From Trichoplax sp. H2 (Eukaryota): 64,000 bases of DNA. Positions 29,422 to 42,495 of the stretch are shown here, one piece after another (position 1 is the first letter of the stretch; every line of letters begins with the position of its first letter). The translations under genes were made by a program, and so were the position numbers. The stretch covers positions 124,001-188,000 of the forward strand of contig NOWV01000126.1 in assembly GCA_003344405.1 (NCBI GenBank), written 5' to 3'. The notes beneath the pieces are model-generated. The model had not been told where the DNA came from. It ran no database searches and saw only the letters and a program-made list of their open reading frames with translations.

Positions 29422-29954
29422 TGTTATAGTATAAGAAATGCTAGGATTTATTGTACTGGCAACTGTAGGAATTAATATCCTATAGTAAATCAATATTTCT
29501 CTTGCTTTATTCGAAAAATGAAAGTTATGAACGTTATTGTATTTTTGTAATGTGATACGGCTATTAGCCAATAAGGCCTTTTGTGATTACGCACGTAATT
29601 TAGATAAGATTATTCTTTATAAATAAGTTTATCTTTTTATCTAATCATATCATTAAGATGTATCTGGTTTTCTTTATTAAGATAAACGGTTATTTATAAG
29701 TGTATTTATTGGTTTAAATCAGTTCATTTTCAGGGAGAACAGTCAGTAGTGAGTTACTAAATAAAGCTGCTTTGTAGATTATAGTGCAGCGTGTCTACTG
29801 GTTGCGAGCCTCTTAGAAGGGTAGTTCTTATGCGTTCTAGTAGTCGTACTATATTCTTACTAGATCTTTCAAGAGGCTAGGGTAGTAATCTGTAGAAGCA
29901 ACTCAAAGTAAGGGCTTTACGACTAGTAAACTAGTCAGGAAGTAGTAAGTGACA
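29422..29954 (+). repeat. Dispersed repeat D (LTR-like, no TSD confirmed); allelic partial copy 28948-29179
   Basis: Homologous in reverse orientation to ~37645-38170; starts TG and ends GTGACA. Confidence 0.55.
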
Positions 29955-30442
29955 CGAGCATACTTATCTCAAGAGAAAACTAGTAAGTAACCTTTCTCAC
30001 ATGCGATTTAAATGTTTATCAAGTTTTTGTCACTGCCAAAGCCATATACGTGCGTTGACAATTTTACTGACTAATCTTTGCTGCTATCGCTTAAATACTG
30101 ACAACAGTAGATAATAGTTTTGCATTAAAGAGTAAAATGAACCAGAGATACTGTAGAATCATGCTTGTTTTAGGTTAAAATAGGATCTCAGTCAAGTACA
30201 AAAAGGTTAAAATAAGGGATAATTTTTTACTTAAATAAAACCGAGGCCTTAATAGCTTCGAAATGGCATATACAGTAGTAAACATTTCAATTACAAACTA
30301 CGAAACGAAAATAAAAAAATGATAGGCGATTTAAAACAATATAAGAGATTCAAGTATATAATGCACTGTAGCAATAAAAGAATAATCTAATTATACTTTA
30401 CACTTTCATTTTTGATAATTATCATTAATAATTAAATGCATA

Positions 30443-31071
30443 TGTCACAAAATAGCTTTGCAACAAGATAAAGTTATGTACGATCAATAAGTCAATTCCT
30501 TGAACCACGTATCAAGGAACGATATCTGCTTTATCAGAAACACTTTTTCTCTACTAGCAGACTACACAAAGACTTAGACGCCTCTTATTTTACATTAAAC
30601 ACTAAGTTTAAGGATTAACTTTATTACTCGATATATTGCGTTTATATACTCTTCAGTAGTCCATGAGTCATAGTTAGTAAGATAGACTTTGGAATCATTC
30701 ACTGAACTAGATATTTTAGCTACTGCTCCCTAATGCAGACAGCAGTATTTACGAACATAGACATCCGATGACCAATACAAAATTGTCAGATTACGATATG
30801 TCCTATCACGGAACATCTTCACGATAATTTACAATCTACCATAAGTTACAATCACAATGATTCGAACTGTAAGTAGATAATCCGCTTTCCCTAATATAAC
30901 TATTAATTTCAGTATATGTATATACGAAACATATATATCACAGCCGCATAAAGCCAGTGCTTTATTAAAACACAGTATATTCAAATTAGAAGTTAACTAA
31001 ATAAGGATAGGCTAACAAAATTATCCTAAAATAGATATTTCTACTCTAATACAATATATAACACTGTCATA
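30443..31071 (-). mobile_element. Solo LTR, family A (629 bp)
   Basis: TSD GCATA at 30438-30442 and 31072-31076; full-length homology to other copies. Confidence 0.9.
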
Positions 31072-32180
31072 GCATACATTATAAGCGCAAATATCGCAAA
31101 TGAAATTAAATGTATGAAACGAAGCATCTTGTATTGGATTGATCACATAGCCAAGACACTAAAGTAAACCATTCAGTACCTTTTCAATATAAAGCACGTT
31201 TTTGACTATATAATATCCTTGTTAGTGGTGAATATAGAAGCAGTAAGTACAGTAAACATAAAATGGAATTATTTAAAATGTGTAGTATCAGCTGATTTAT
31301 AATCAGTAATTCAATAAATTTAGGATAGAATTATTCAAAGTTCCGAAGTGTAAGGATACATTTTCAAAAATTACTTTACTTCCTGGTTAAGAAATCAGTA
31401 TCTATAATATTGATAGAGTTATAATTTTTGCATAATTACGTTGTAGAAATATATATTAACAGTTGCGTTTTTAGCTTAGTAAAATAATTGTCTTCAGATT
31501 TCCATTTATATTTGACTACCATGAACTATCATTGCTAAGATTCTGCGTGCAAACTTTTCAATAGCGTACCAAAACTAAAAGACAAAAGATATCTACGCTT
31601 TGAATGTTAACTATAGAATTCCATGTTAATTAAGTACGTTATTGAATCACAGGACTCTGATAAAAGACAGAAATTAAAAAGCGCTGGATGAATAACTCGT
31701 TCACTTCAATATAATTACCTATTTTGTATCAAAGAAAAGAGGTCATAAATCTTATATTAAGACATTTTTCGATCGTTTGTGGAGGAAATTTATGCAACTT
31801 AAGAAAACTGAAAATAGCTACTCCTCATCTTGCTCATACGCAGCAACTTAAACGGCTACGCTTTCGATTAAACAATAACTTGAGAATTAACTTATAATTT
31901 TTATTTTATACTTATATAAGTTGTATGCATTGCTTTACAAGATCTGTTCAAGCGATTTAGAAATGAATGACTTATCTGATTAATATTCACGAAATGTGTT
32001 ATTCGGTGGTGCTTCAATATCTAGCTCGAATTGGGTAAATGACGATATGACTCTATAATAGACTAAAGCTACGGTCCCTTTTAGATATACTGAGATGAAA
32101 TTGCCATTAATTAAAATTGGCACGATTTTCCAATCTAAATTTCATGATATTTGGATGTAGCCTATAGCCCGATATCGAAG

Positions 32181-32636
32181 TGTGATAAAATCCGATCACG
32201 AAAATTTATATTGGTAGAAAATTAGAAATTTACTAGATCTAATATGAAAATTAGCTACACACAGCTCTACTCTAGCCGAATACAAATACTGAAACACTTC
32301 TAGAAAGAAAACACTATTTTACTGTGGACTATCATTAATCCAATATGGGCCGATTACAGTATTTGCGCAGACATTATTCCTACCATTCCTAGTACAATGA
32401 ACGAAGCATATCCTAATATTTGATTTGCAGTTCTATTTTTACCTCTAATTTTATTTGTAGCTCTACATCTTAATGTATATAGTCATCTGTGCTCTAGCGT
32501 AGAGTCTATCACCACAGTCTATAATTAGAGACTACTAAAAACCGGTATGTCATAAGATAAATATAGAAACGACACTACCGTGCATCATACTAAACACGGC
32601 TAATAGTCTACAATCACAATACTAAGTTACTTTATA
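32181..32636 (-). mobile_element. LTR family C, diverged copy with internal deletion
   Basis: Both termini align to 13525-14075; flanks CGAAG/TAAAG are a possible decayed TSD. Confidence 0.72.
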
Positions 32637-32709
32637 TAAAGTAAAGGTTTTCAGAGAAGAATAATTGTAATTTAATGCAGTGATATTTTTCAGTCCCAAA
32701 ACCAGCTTT

Positions 32710-33560
32710 GCTCAAGTATATTATGATTAACTTCTAGGTATATGTATATAATAGCCATAAATATTAAAATGTGTCGAAAAATTTATTCAAAATTTCTTAT
32801 GTAAGGAGGTCATTATCTGAATATTAAATGATAACTTTCATATCAAGACATTTTTTATAATTACAATATAATTGAGAGGTATTTGAGTGCTTCAAGGCTT
32901 GTTTTAACTGAGGTAATTCGGAAGTGGACTGATGTGACAGTGTTATGTACTGTATTAGAGTAGAAATATCTATGTTAGGATAATTTTGTTAGCCTATCCT
33001 TATTTTGTTAACTTCTAATTTGGATATACTGTGTTTTAATNNNNNNNNNNNNNNNNNNNNTGCTCAAGTATATTATGATTAACTTCTAGGTATACGTATA
33101 TAATAGCTATAAAAATTAAAATGTGTCGAAAAATTTATTCAAAATTTCTTATGTAAGGAGGTCATTATCTGAATATTAAATGATAACTTTCATATCAAGA
33201 CATTTTTTAAAGGTTGTGTCTAAAATTACAAAAGCTAATTTTGCTCAATAGAGTCCTCATCTTAAATCTAGATTATAGCGTAGTTTTTTTAGGTTTCAAA
33301 TACATAGGGATCCTGTGTGTGCTGAACGATGGCTTTCCAAATTTATATCGTGATACACTTACTTTTTCCGTTATCTAATTACAATATAATTGAGAGGTAT
33401 TTGAGTGCTTCAAGGCTTGTTTTAACTGAGGTAATTCGGAAGTAGACTGATGTGACAGTGTTACGTACTGTATTAGAGTAGAAATATCTATGTTAGGATA
33501 ATTTTGTTAGCCTATCCTTATTTTGTTAACTTCTAATTTGGATATACTGTGTTTTAATAC
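32710..33560. other. Gap-flanking near-identical duplication (probable two haplotypes) differing by a ~170-bp indel
   Basis: 32710-33040 recurs at 33061-33560 with extra sequence at ~33210-33377; gap at 33041-33060. Confidence 0.8.
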
Positions 33561-34080
33561 AGTACTGACTTTTTATGACAGTGACACATATACACATACT
33601 GAAATTAATAGTTATAATAGGGAATGCAAATAATCTACTTACAGTTCGAATCATTGTGATTGCAATTTACTTATGGTAGAGCGTAAATTATCATGGAAAT
33701 GTTCCGTGATAGGACATATCGTAATCTGACTATTCTGTATTAGTCATTACATGTCTATGTTCGTAAATACTGTTGTCTGCATTATGGGAGCAGTAGCTAC
33801 AATTAATATCTAATTCAGTAAATGATTCCAATGTTAATTATATTAACTATGACTCATGAACTATTGAAGAATAGTATATAAATGTAGCATATCGTGAAAT
33901 AAAGTAAATTCTCAAACTTAGTGTTTAACGTAAAATACGAGGCGTCTAAGTCTTTGTGTAGTCTGTTAGTAGAGCAAAAGTGTTTGTGATAGTGCAGATA
34001 TCTTTCCTTGATACGTGGTTCAAGGAATTGACTTATTGATCGTATATTGCGTTATCTTGTTGCAAAGTTGTTTTGTGACA
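33451..34080 (+). mobile_element. Solo LTR, family A (630 bp)
   Basis: TGTGACAG...TTTTGTGACA; TSD ACTGA at 33446-33450 and 34081-34085. Confidence 0.9.
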
Positions 34081-36007
34081 ACTGATAAAATATTATAGTA
34101 TTCTTAGAAATTTGCATGAGTTTATAGCTGTAAGCACAATTGCATCTAAAAATACGAACTCTTGAGTTAAAGTAAATTCAGAATAATACTATCTATTATA
34201 GCTATAATAAAGTATTTATTTGAGCAGCATGCGTGTGTTGAAGCATACAAGCAATACCTACAGCAAATCATTTTAACTTATGAGCTTGGATGGTTGCACT
34301 GCTCACGCTCTCCTAGCCATTTACTTAATTTAATTTTGGCATTGAGAACTTATAAATATCAGACTAAATAGTAAATTTTTGTTCCATACATATCCGCATA
34401 TACCTTAGATACAGGTAGTAAATAAAATAAAAAAGATTAAAAGGATGTCAAGGACTTAGAAAAGAATATTAAGGTATTATAGTATGACTCCATAGCCGTG
34501 CAATGTGTTGGGGGCACTTCAATGAAAAGTATACTGTGATTGTTCAAAAAATCTATGAAGTGTTCCATTTCTTACAATTGAATTAATTCAGTGTACGGGT
34601 TCGCAATGGAAATTAATACTAAACGGAGGCTTTTATGTATAACCGTATTCATAACGAATTCACTATAATTGCCCATATTTTACTTAGATTTCATATAAAA
34701 CGAATAGCGTAGGTAAATGAAATAAGTGGATAGAGTGTCGATAGCATGATATATAATTAATATCTGTAAATTATAAAACTTTCTTTCTTGGCCTTGTTCA
34801 TATTGGTAACGTTGAGCAGCCGTACTGGTCCTGGAAAGTAAATTGAATGTAAGAAAATTAAAATACAGTAAACTGGTTACCTTGCATTAAGCTCCAAGTT
34901 ACGACGTATGTTGAATAAAGGAAAAATAATAAATTCCATCGAATACAAGATCTCCAGTATTGATGATGCCCAACGGATATTCACAACATAATAGTTACCA
35001 TGACAAATATTTTTAATAATTAATCAAGGTATAAATAAAGTAAAGAACACCACTCACTTCTAAATTAAATTCTGACCAAAAAAGATTATGACATCAAATT
35101 TGTTGACAGTTGCGTTTTACAATGCGTGAGCAAGTTCTCTTAGTATTTTATAGAAAGCATCAACTCATTGAAAGTGGAAGAACACGGATAAGAGTTTGGG
35201 ATTACTAGCTCTTTTGAATTTCGTCACTGATAAAAAAATAATCCATCATCTGTTTTCAATGTTGTATTTAATCAATACTTTCAGGATAATATTGTATTAA
35301 TCCATTAATTAAAGCAATGAATTTACATTCTATTGGCTACTCTTAATCTTACGGTACCTCTATATCAGCTACAATTCAATATGATGTTTAATAAGTAAAG
35401 TCTAAATAGATTTATTTGAATATCATTATATTATTTGATAAATTTAAGATGGTTTATTTACAGTATGTTGGTTCTTGTTGAATCAAATGAAAAACTATAC
35501 TTCAACTATAAGATTCCTAGTTCGCAATCTTATACAGCTACGAGAAACTAATATAGAAAGAGTGAATACGATATACTAAAATCAATTCAGCAGGGTGATT
35601 ACGAAGTGATTAAAAGAACAAAGAAGGATGCAGCTAACTTACGTATAATCAAGGCGTTATAACAATACATTTTACATCTACATAGTGAACCTATATTTTT
35701 AATATTTATCATTAGACAAAGAAAATTAAAGTATTCTGTGCTAATGCATGCGTATAACACAAATAAATCAAAAGTTGACAGAAAGGAACAGCGTCACGAT
35801 CACATTTATTTACCAGCACATTTAGTATGCTAGTCTTACTTAATATTCTGCTCCATAGAATATTCTCTAAAAATTCTGAAAATAATATAGAATCGAATCT
35901 GAAAATTGGTTATTGTCGCAATCTGTTGCCTAATAGATCGGAAACCATCTTGTTACGAAGTATTATTAACTGGTACATTTATTATAGAAACATTTTATAC
36001 CTGTAAG

Positions 36008-36955
36008 ATGGACGTAAATTCGACTGCCAACGATTCCGTGACAAATAAAAGTGGTAATGCTGTAATTCTTCCATTAGGTGTGATTGGGGTTTTATTAAAC
36101 ATCGTTTTATCCATCGTTATCGTAACAGCTAAGCAACTGAAGGCTCCTGCATATATCTTTCTTACTAATTTAGCCATAGCTGACTGTATAATTTCAATTC
36201 TAGTTAGCGTGATGTATTTCCATGATAATTCGATGGTTCATCTCTCAGTATCAACGAATAATATCATTTGCAAAATTTTACATTATATCCTTACTTCTTG
36301 CTATATAGTGTCTGTCTTCAGCTTAGCACTGATAAGCTTGTATAGACTAAGATTGATTTTAGTATCATTTAGGAATTACTTACCGTCAGGACCGTTTAAG
36401 TGGCCGAAATTAACTAGCTTGTCAATATGGTTGATTGGATTCCTCTTGTGTATTCCCATTTCATCTATTGTTCAATACGCCAAAAAGAGACTTCTTTGCG
36501 ATATATCATACCCTTACGGTCAATTATTCAATGTAATATTCTACATTTCTCTTTTTATGCTCGTCTACACTATTCCAGCAATAATTATGCTATTAGCTTA
36601 TATTCGAATAGGTAAAAGACTACGAATGACTGAAGATGCAGTCATGATTTTTAGATCCAATCAGACCGTTCACGGTCATAGAGCCAATACGGCCGTCAGG
36701 TTTCTCTCTATTGCTACTACTATCTACATGCTTTTTTCTTGGCCCTTCTTAACTTCTTCTATAGCGGTCTCCATTATGAATACAACGTTAAGTCATGTTT
36801 ACGAAATGTCAGCTGTTGGACCAGTCTTACTTACGACTTCGTATACAATGACATTCCTAGTCAGCATCATCAATCCAATTTTGTATATAGTGTATGATAA
36901 AAACATTAGATATCAACTTCAAAGAGTACTGTCTAAATACATTTACTTAAAGTAA
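36008..36955 (+). CDS. Intronless class A orphan GPCR, paralogue 4, 315 aa from ATG 36008 (ORF track starts at an upstream TTG)
   Basis: MDVNST start matches paralogue length; GVLLN, LAIAD, CK...SLYRL, CDISYPYG, YTIP, SWP, NPILY, YDKNI. Confidence 0.93.
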   Translation: MDVNSTANDSVTNKSGNAVILPLGVIGVLLNIVLSIVIVTAKQLKAPAYIFLTNLAIADCIISILVSVMYFHDNSMVHLSVSTNNIICKILHYILTSCYIVSVFSLALISLYRLRLILVSFRNYLPSGPFKWPKLTSLSIWLIGFLLCIPISSIVQYAKKRLLCDISYPYGQLFNVIFYISLFMLVYTIPAIIMLLAYIRIGKRLRMTEDAVMIFRSNQTVHGHRANTAVRFLSIATTIYMLFSWPFLTSSIAVSIMNTTLSHVYEMSAVGPVLLTTSYTMTFLVSIINPILYIVYDKNIRYQLQRVLSKYIYLK

Positions 36956-37644
36956 TATAGATAAATAAATTTCTAATATGGTTATGGTATTTGATGGAAT
37001 AGTATTAGAAAATTCTCTGAGCTAATCATGTATGATGAAGAATTAAGAAACAACTTTAGATTAATCGTAGTATTTGATACGATTATTTAAAAAATTGATT
37101 AGGTTTATCTCATTTCGGTCATAATTTGTTTAGTTTTGGAATTTATCTCTGTCAATATTATTGAAAATGGAATCATAAGTAACTTTCCATAGACAGCAAA
37201 TCTAACAACGAATTCCAAGTTTGAACTTTAACCACCGTATGAGCCTTTCGAATCTCTAAGCTGTGAATCTTTCTGAAAACCGTAACGCTACCGTGATTTT
37301 AAAACTTTCGAACCCCAAAATTTCAATCTATACCTGTCCTATAATTAATTATTAATAATTTTTTAAATTTATTTATATCATGCAAACTATTAGAAATTAA
37401 AATATTATTATCGGCTATTGATTTAAGAAGTATCATAATAAAATTTTCGTTTGATCGTTTAAGTCACTAACTTTAGATGCTTCGTGAGGTTTTAATTCCG
37501 ATAGCGATATTTTTAATGGTAAGTTTAGGTCAGTAATATCTATACATTTATTTATATTAACTAACATGTATAGGACATCACCGTAGGCTAATAACTTGAG
37601 TACAATGAATGCTGTCCATGTTGATTATTATACGCGCACTTCTA

Positions 37645-38170
37645 TTACGGATTACTTCTTGGGAAGCTTACTAGTCTAAGGTATCACACTAACTTTGAGT
37701 TGCTTCTAAGAATTACTATCTTAATCTGTTGTAAGGTTTAGTAAGATTATAGTAATATAGCAAGATCAATTAAAAGCCATCTTTTTAAAAATGCTCACAA
37801 TCAGTAAATACACTGTACTGTAATCTGTAAATCAGCTTCATTTAGTGAACCCACTATTCACTATTTTCTCACAAAATTAAATGGTATGAGCCAACAAATA
37901 TACCTACAAATAAATAAATTTCTTAAGAAATAAATATCAGATACACTTTAATGAGGTAATTAGATAAAAGGATGCAATTATTTATGAAAAATTGTCTTAT
38001 CTAAATTATGGGCGCCATCGCAAAGCCTTATTGGCCAGTAGTACAATCACATTATAAATGACGTTCTTAATTTTCATTTTTAAATAAAGCGCTAGTGATA
38101 TTGCAGTGCTATAGCCTATTAATTTGTGTACTCGTAAGTACAATAAATCGTAGCATTTCCTATATTACTG
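37645..38170 (-). repeat. Dispersed repeat D, diverged copy
   Basis: Reverse-complement similarity to 29422-29954 (e.g. gccttattggc, tcttatctaaatta, gagttgcttcta); boundaries approximate. Confidence 0.55.
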
Positions 38171-38189
38171 TAGAACCTACATACTTTAA

Positions 38190-38480
38190 GTATTATTCTC
38201 AGCTATAATCAGCATTGCAACATTCTATCATTTTCTATACGTATTTAGATTATTATATATATATGATTTACAACTGTAGTTCTATTCTTAACTGTAACTT
38301 TAATAGTAAGCCCATACACTACTGTATACTGTTATCTGTGATCTAGTATAGAATCTTCCAGTACAGTGCATAGTTGCGAACTTCTAATTATGTCTTAAGA
38401 TAAATATAGTAAGCTACGCCACCATACATCATAATAAACACGGCTAATTGTCCACAATCCCAATACTAAGTTATGTTACA
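38190..38480 (-). mobile_element. LTR family C, old partial copy
   Basis: Shares aaacacggctaat...caatactaagttatgttaca terminus; left boundary approximate. Confidence 0.65.
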
Positions 38481-41400
38481 AGTAATTAATATACTAGACC
38501 TGTATCACAGCATTTTAATAGAGTAACCAAGTTTTCTAAAGTGTATTTAATAATCCCGAGTGATTTCATAAGTACTTATGGTGCTGTCGGTATCGATATG
38601 CTGGAATCCCCAAAAACTCAATTTAATCCTTTTTCAAGCTATAGATAATCCAAACTAAAGTTTTTATATATTAACAATTTAGAATTATTGGTAAAATTAA
38701 AAGAAATTGAAGTAACATTTCCAATCAAACAATAATAGAATTTAAATAACTTTTTGACTTTAAGTAACTAAGAATGAAAATGTGGAAAGAGTTAATAATT
38801 GATAATTATGAGAAAAACACAAACACAGACATTACATTTCCGTTCTAGTTAATTTAAGTAAAATTTTTCAAATAATGACGAAAATATGTTATATACAATT
38901 CTGAAATCTTTATGAAATCGCATATTTTAAAGTACGTTCTATAAACTATCGTCGTTCTTCAATACAGTATTATAGAATTATTGATAGCTTTTATATATCA
39001 CAGCACAGCAATGATGAAATAACCATAATTTATTGAATTAGCAACTACAGCATTTCATTTTTTAACTGCAGTTCGCCTAAAGGCAATTTCTATGGAATTG
39101 TTTTACAGCTATCAAATTCCAATAAATATTTCATTTCTCAGAATATCAAAATAAAATTGATCATAAGAGTTTTCTATCGATCTAATGTAACGGCAAGCTG
39201 GTTTTCAAGTTTAAAATTTCTAGTATTAGCGATTTAAGAAAGAATACCATATCAAGAGTATCCTGGAATGTTATTTATGACAAACAATAGGTCACTATAT
39301 AGTTTACAGGACTAAAGTACACGACGCAGCCGTTTGCAGATATAGAATTTACAAATAAAACAGTGCTCTTAGCTATTTTTAACTATAAATGAAGGTATAT
39401 TTTCGATTGGTTACTCCAGTATTTTAGAAAATGTGCTTAAATATGCTTAAATATAAGGCATTGTTACTGAGTAACTTTTGTAAAGTTGTCGTAATTTGGT
39501 TCCTATATAACATAACTCACCTGGAGAGGTGTTTATATTAAATTATCTATGGCATTTTACGCATTTAATAAGATAATCGTATGGTTTTGTAATATTATCT
39601 AAGTACTAATAACTAATGATAACGCTTTAAAGTTTGAGTTCAGTTACGTCTGAAGAGAGATTATTTATTAATTAATGATGTTACTTTTCCTTCTGACAAC
39701 AGAAGATTGCCAGTATTCAGAGTCGCTGCAGGTAAATGTCAGGTAGGACAAGCCTTACAGTAAGTTCTTAGTATTGAATTTCTGTATTAGCCCAATTTTG
39801 TCACGTTACAAATTTCTATTTATAGCGATTGTATAATTATTTACCATGGATTTTACCTTTTAAAAGTTGTATTTTTGTTAAGATCTTTTATTCGTATGAT
39901 TATTAATAAAGATGAAGGAAATAGCCATAACGTTTAGAAATGTGAAATCATTTTGTTTTTATTAACTGAGTCGTATGCCTTAATTAAACAAAGCACATTT
40001 ATTAAGTTCCTCATAATGTTATAATTAAAAGCTTTCATTTACTGATTTTGCTAAAGATAAGATTAAAACTTCAAGAAGGTTAAGGTCTTATTCTTAGCAA
40101 AAATTGACGTAAACTATAAACTAGTTCTTTAGGATATAAAGTATTTCCGGTTTACTCGAAGCTGCAAAAAATTTGTTCTTAAGTCATCATTTTGTCTGAA
40201 AGTAATGCACTTTAATTTAAATTCATGAAAATGCTATATAACAGTATATAGAACGCGATTGCTAAACATATTTTCTGTATTGTTTGAATAACAAGCTTCC
40301 TATCACATCTGATACAAGCCGAATTAAATTGTTTAGTTAATTTTTAAACTATGTTTGCAGCTATTCACTATTGATTCACGAGCAAGCAAATGAATATCGT
40401 TAGTCATATCCAATCCAATGATATAGATATCCATTTGTAATGAAGCGTCTTCTCAAAAATATAACAAAAACTACAGTTTCTTGCAAACTTCACTTTATGA
40501 CATAAGATTATGTTCCACTTACTACTAACAAGGACTATCTAATTACAATCAGGCTATCTCTGAACTATATGAATTATCACAGCAATATTCACTGTTGATA
40601 CAAAATTAATTACACAACGATTTTCTTTCAAGCACAATCATATCTTAACAATTAAGCAGCAAGTTCATGTTTGAATTTGCTATCACGCTATCAATTCATA
40701 ATTTGTGCTTCTAATTAAAACATCACAATACAAATCGCACAGCACTAACATAAGTGGAACAATCTATTATTATCTCAAAATTTTAATATAAGCATCTCAA
40801 TACAATTACTACAATACCTGCTATAAACGTCTTACACAATTAGATACTTGTGCAGTCTTGTAACCTAGCTTACAATTCAGCTTATTCTCGTACAATCTTG
40901 AATCGTAATCTAAGCTGTATTTGGGGCTCCACTACATCATTAATAAAATGCTTAAAAGTAATATATTATAATTATAAATGAAATATACGGAGCCTCCATT
41001 TGATCTATGGTAATTCAATGGATAATCAACAATATAAGCAGCAACCAAATTAATTACAGCTTTAAGAAATTTGTAAGCTTAAAGAATATTTCTTTCATTT
41101 AATAATCGCAATATAAAAACGTAAGATCTCGGGCGAAATTCAGTTAAATTACCATTTCTGCTTAGAGATTAGGTCCTAATTAATACTATATACATGCACT
41201 GGTAACTGTTACTAACGATTAGAGAATAGAATAGTAGAATTAAGTGGCTGGATTTAGTTTATCGTTGAGACACTCACAAACAGGAAAAAATTTTGCATTG
41301 ATGAACTAAAATGTTTATTTAAATTATGCTGTACCACAAATGTGATCCTTGCCTAATCTATATTACAAGTATTCCTTCATCGTCTAGCCCTTATGCAACG

Positions 41401-42495
41401 TACTTACCTCTTTAAACCACACTAATACATTGGAATCCTATTCTATTGATGCCCTATTTTCTACTTCAGTTCCGCAAGTATAAATGGAAATACGAAATAT
41501 TGATAATATCGTGATAAAAGCCATCGGCGACAATCAGTCATAAGACAGAGAATACTATTTCTATCTGTATGGCCACAGTAAATACCGCAAGAGACGAAAA
41601 ATACTATTGCATAAGGAAGCATTTTAGACTAGGTATATTATAAATGAATTGATTAATCTAAAAGATGTAGAAAATGCAATTTCGAAGTATGTCACTTTGA
41701 GGTATTTATGTAACTTGTAATAAGACAAAACTCAATCCTTATTACTGAAATTGTTTGAAAGAGTTGTAGATTTCGATTTACCTAGGGTTTGTGGTTGTAT
41801 ATGATTTAATTACGAAATAAAATCCATAATTAATGCATACCGATTGTTAAGGCTATGCCGTACTGCATATTGTATTTATAGTATTCTGCATACCTACATA
41901 ATGAATTATCATTACTATCGTTAATTTCAGTGTAGTATGCGTAGAGCATATATTAGAGTAAGAGAGTTACAGTGAGCTCATACAATTTATGTAACGTATC
42001 GAGTTCGTAATGCACTACCGTTTCAACAACCATAGTGATTAGATATAGATATTCAGGAAAACATCGAATCTAATCACATGCTATGACATTAACACAATAA
42101 GTAACTGGAATTTATCTAGTGACTGCTGCTGTAGAGAGGAAAGGTAAAGTAGACTACTACTAGGACAATTTTAATCATCAAGGATGCTGTTAAGTAACGC
42201 TGCACATTGCATGCTGTACAGTACAGTATACGAGACAGTACGTATTTACTTAGTATAGCACTATAGAAAAAGTAGATTAAGTTAGTGAACATAGTTTGTA
42301 AATATTGTAAATATCAATTTTATTAATAGAGAACTTGTAGCTATATTATTAATATTTTATCTATTCATACAGGTTACAGCTTATATTTCAGCGCATAATA
42401 CGAAATCTTAGCGTAAAAGCAATCTGAAATATTCATTAATTAGTCAGAATAAAATTGCTTCTACTGTAAGAGTACTAGTTTATAATTAATTATAA

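Noticed and set aside
4211-33560. Gap-flanking duplications as true tandem segmental duplications
   Set aside because: Each abuts a fixed 20-N gap and differs at an indel or LTR boundary; better explained as uncollapsed haplotypes
35906-36007. N-terminal extensions of GPCR 4 (and GPCR 2 at 18139) shown in the ORF track
   Set aside because: They start at TTG; downstream ATGs give lengths and N-termini matching the paralogues
40505-40765. ~16-bp imperfect inverted repeat, MITE-like
   Set aside because: Too short, no TSD, single instance
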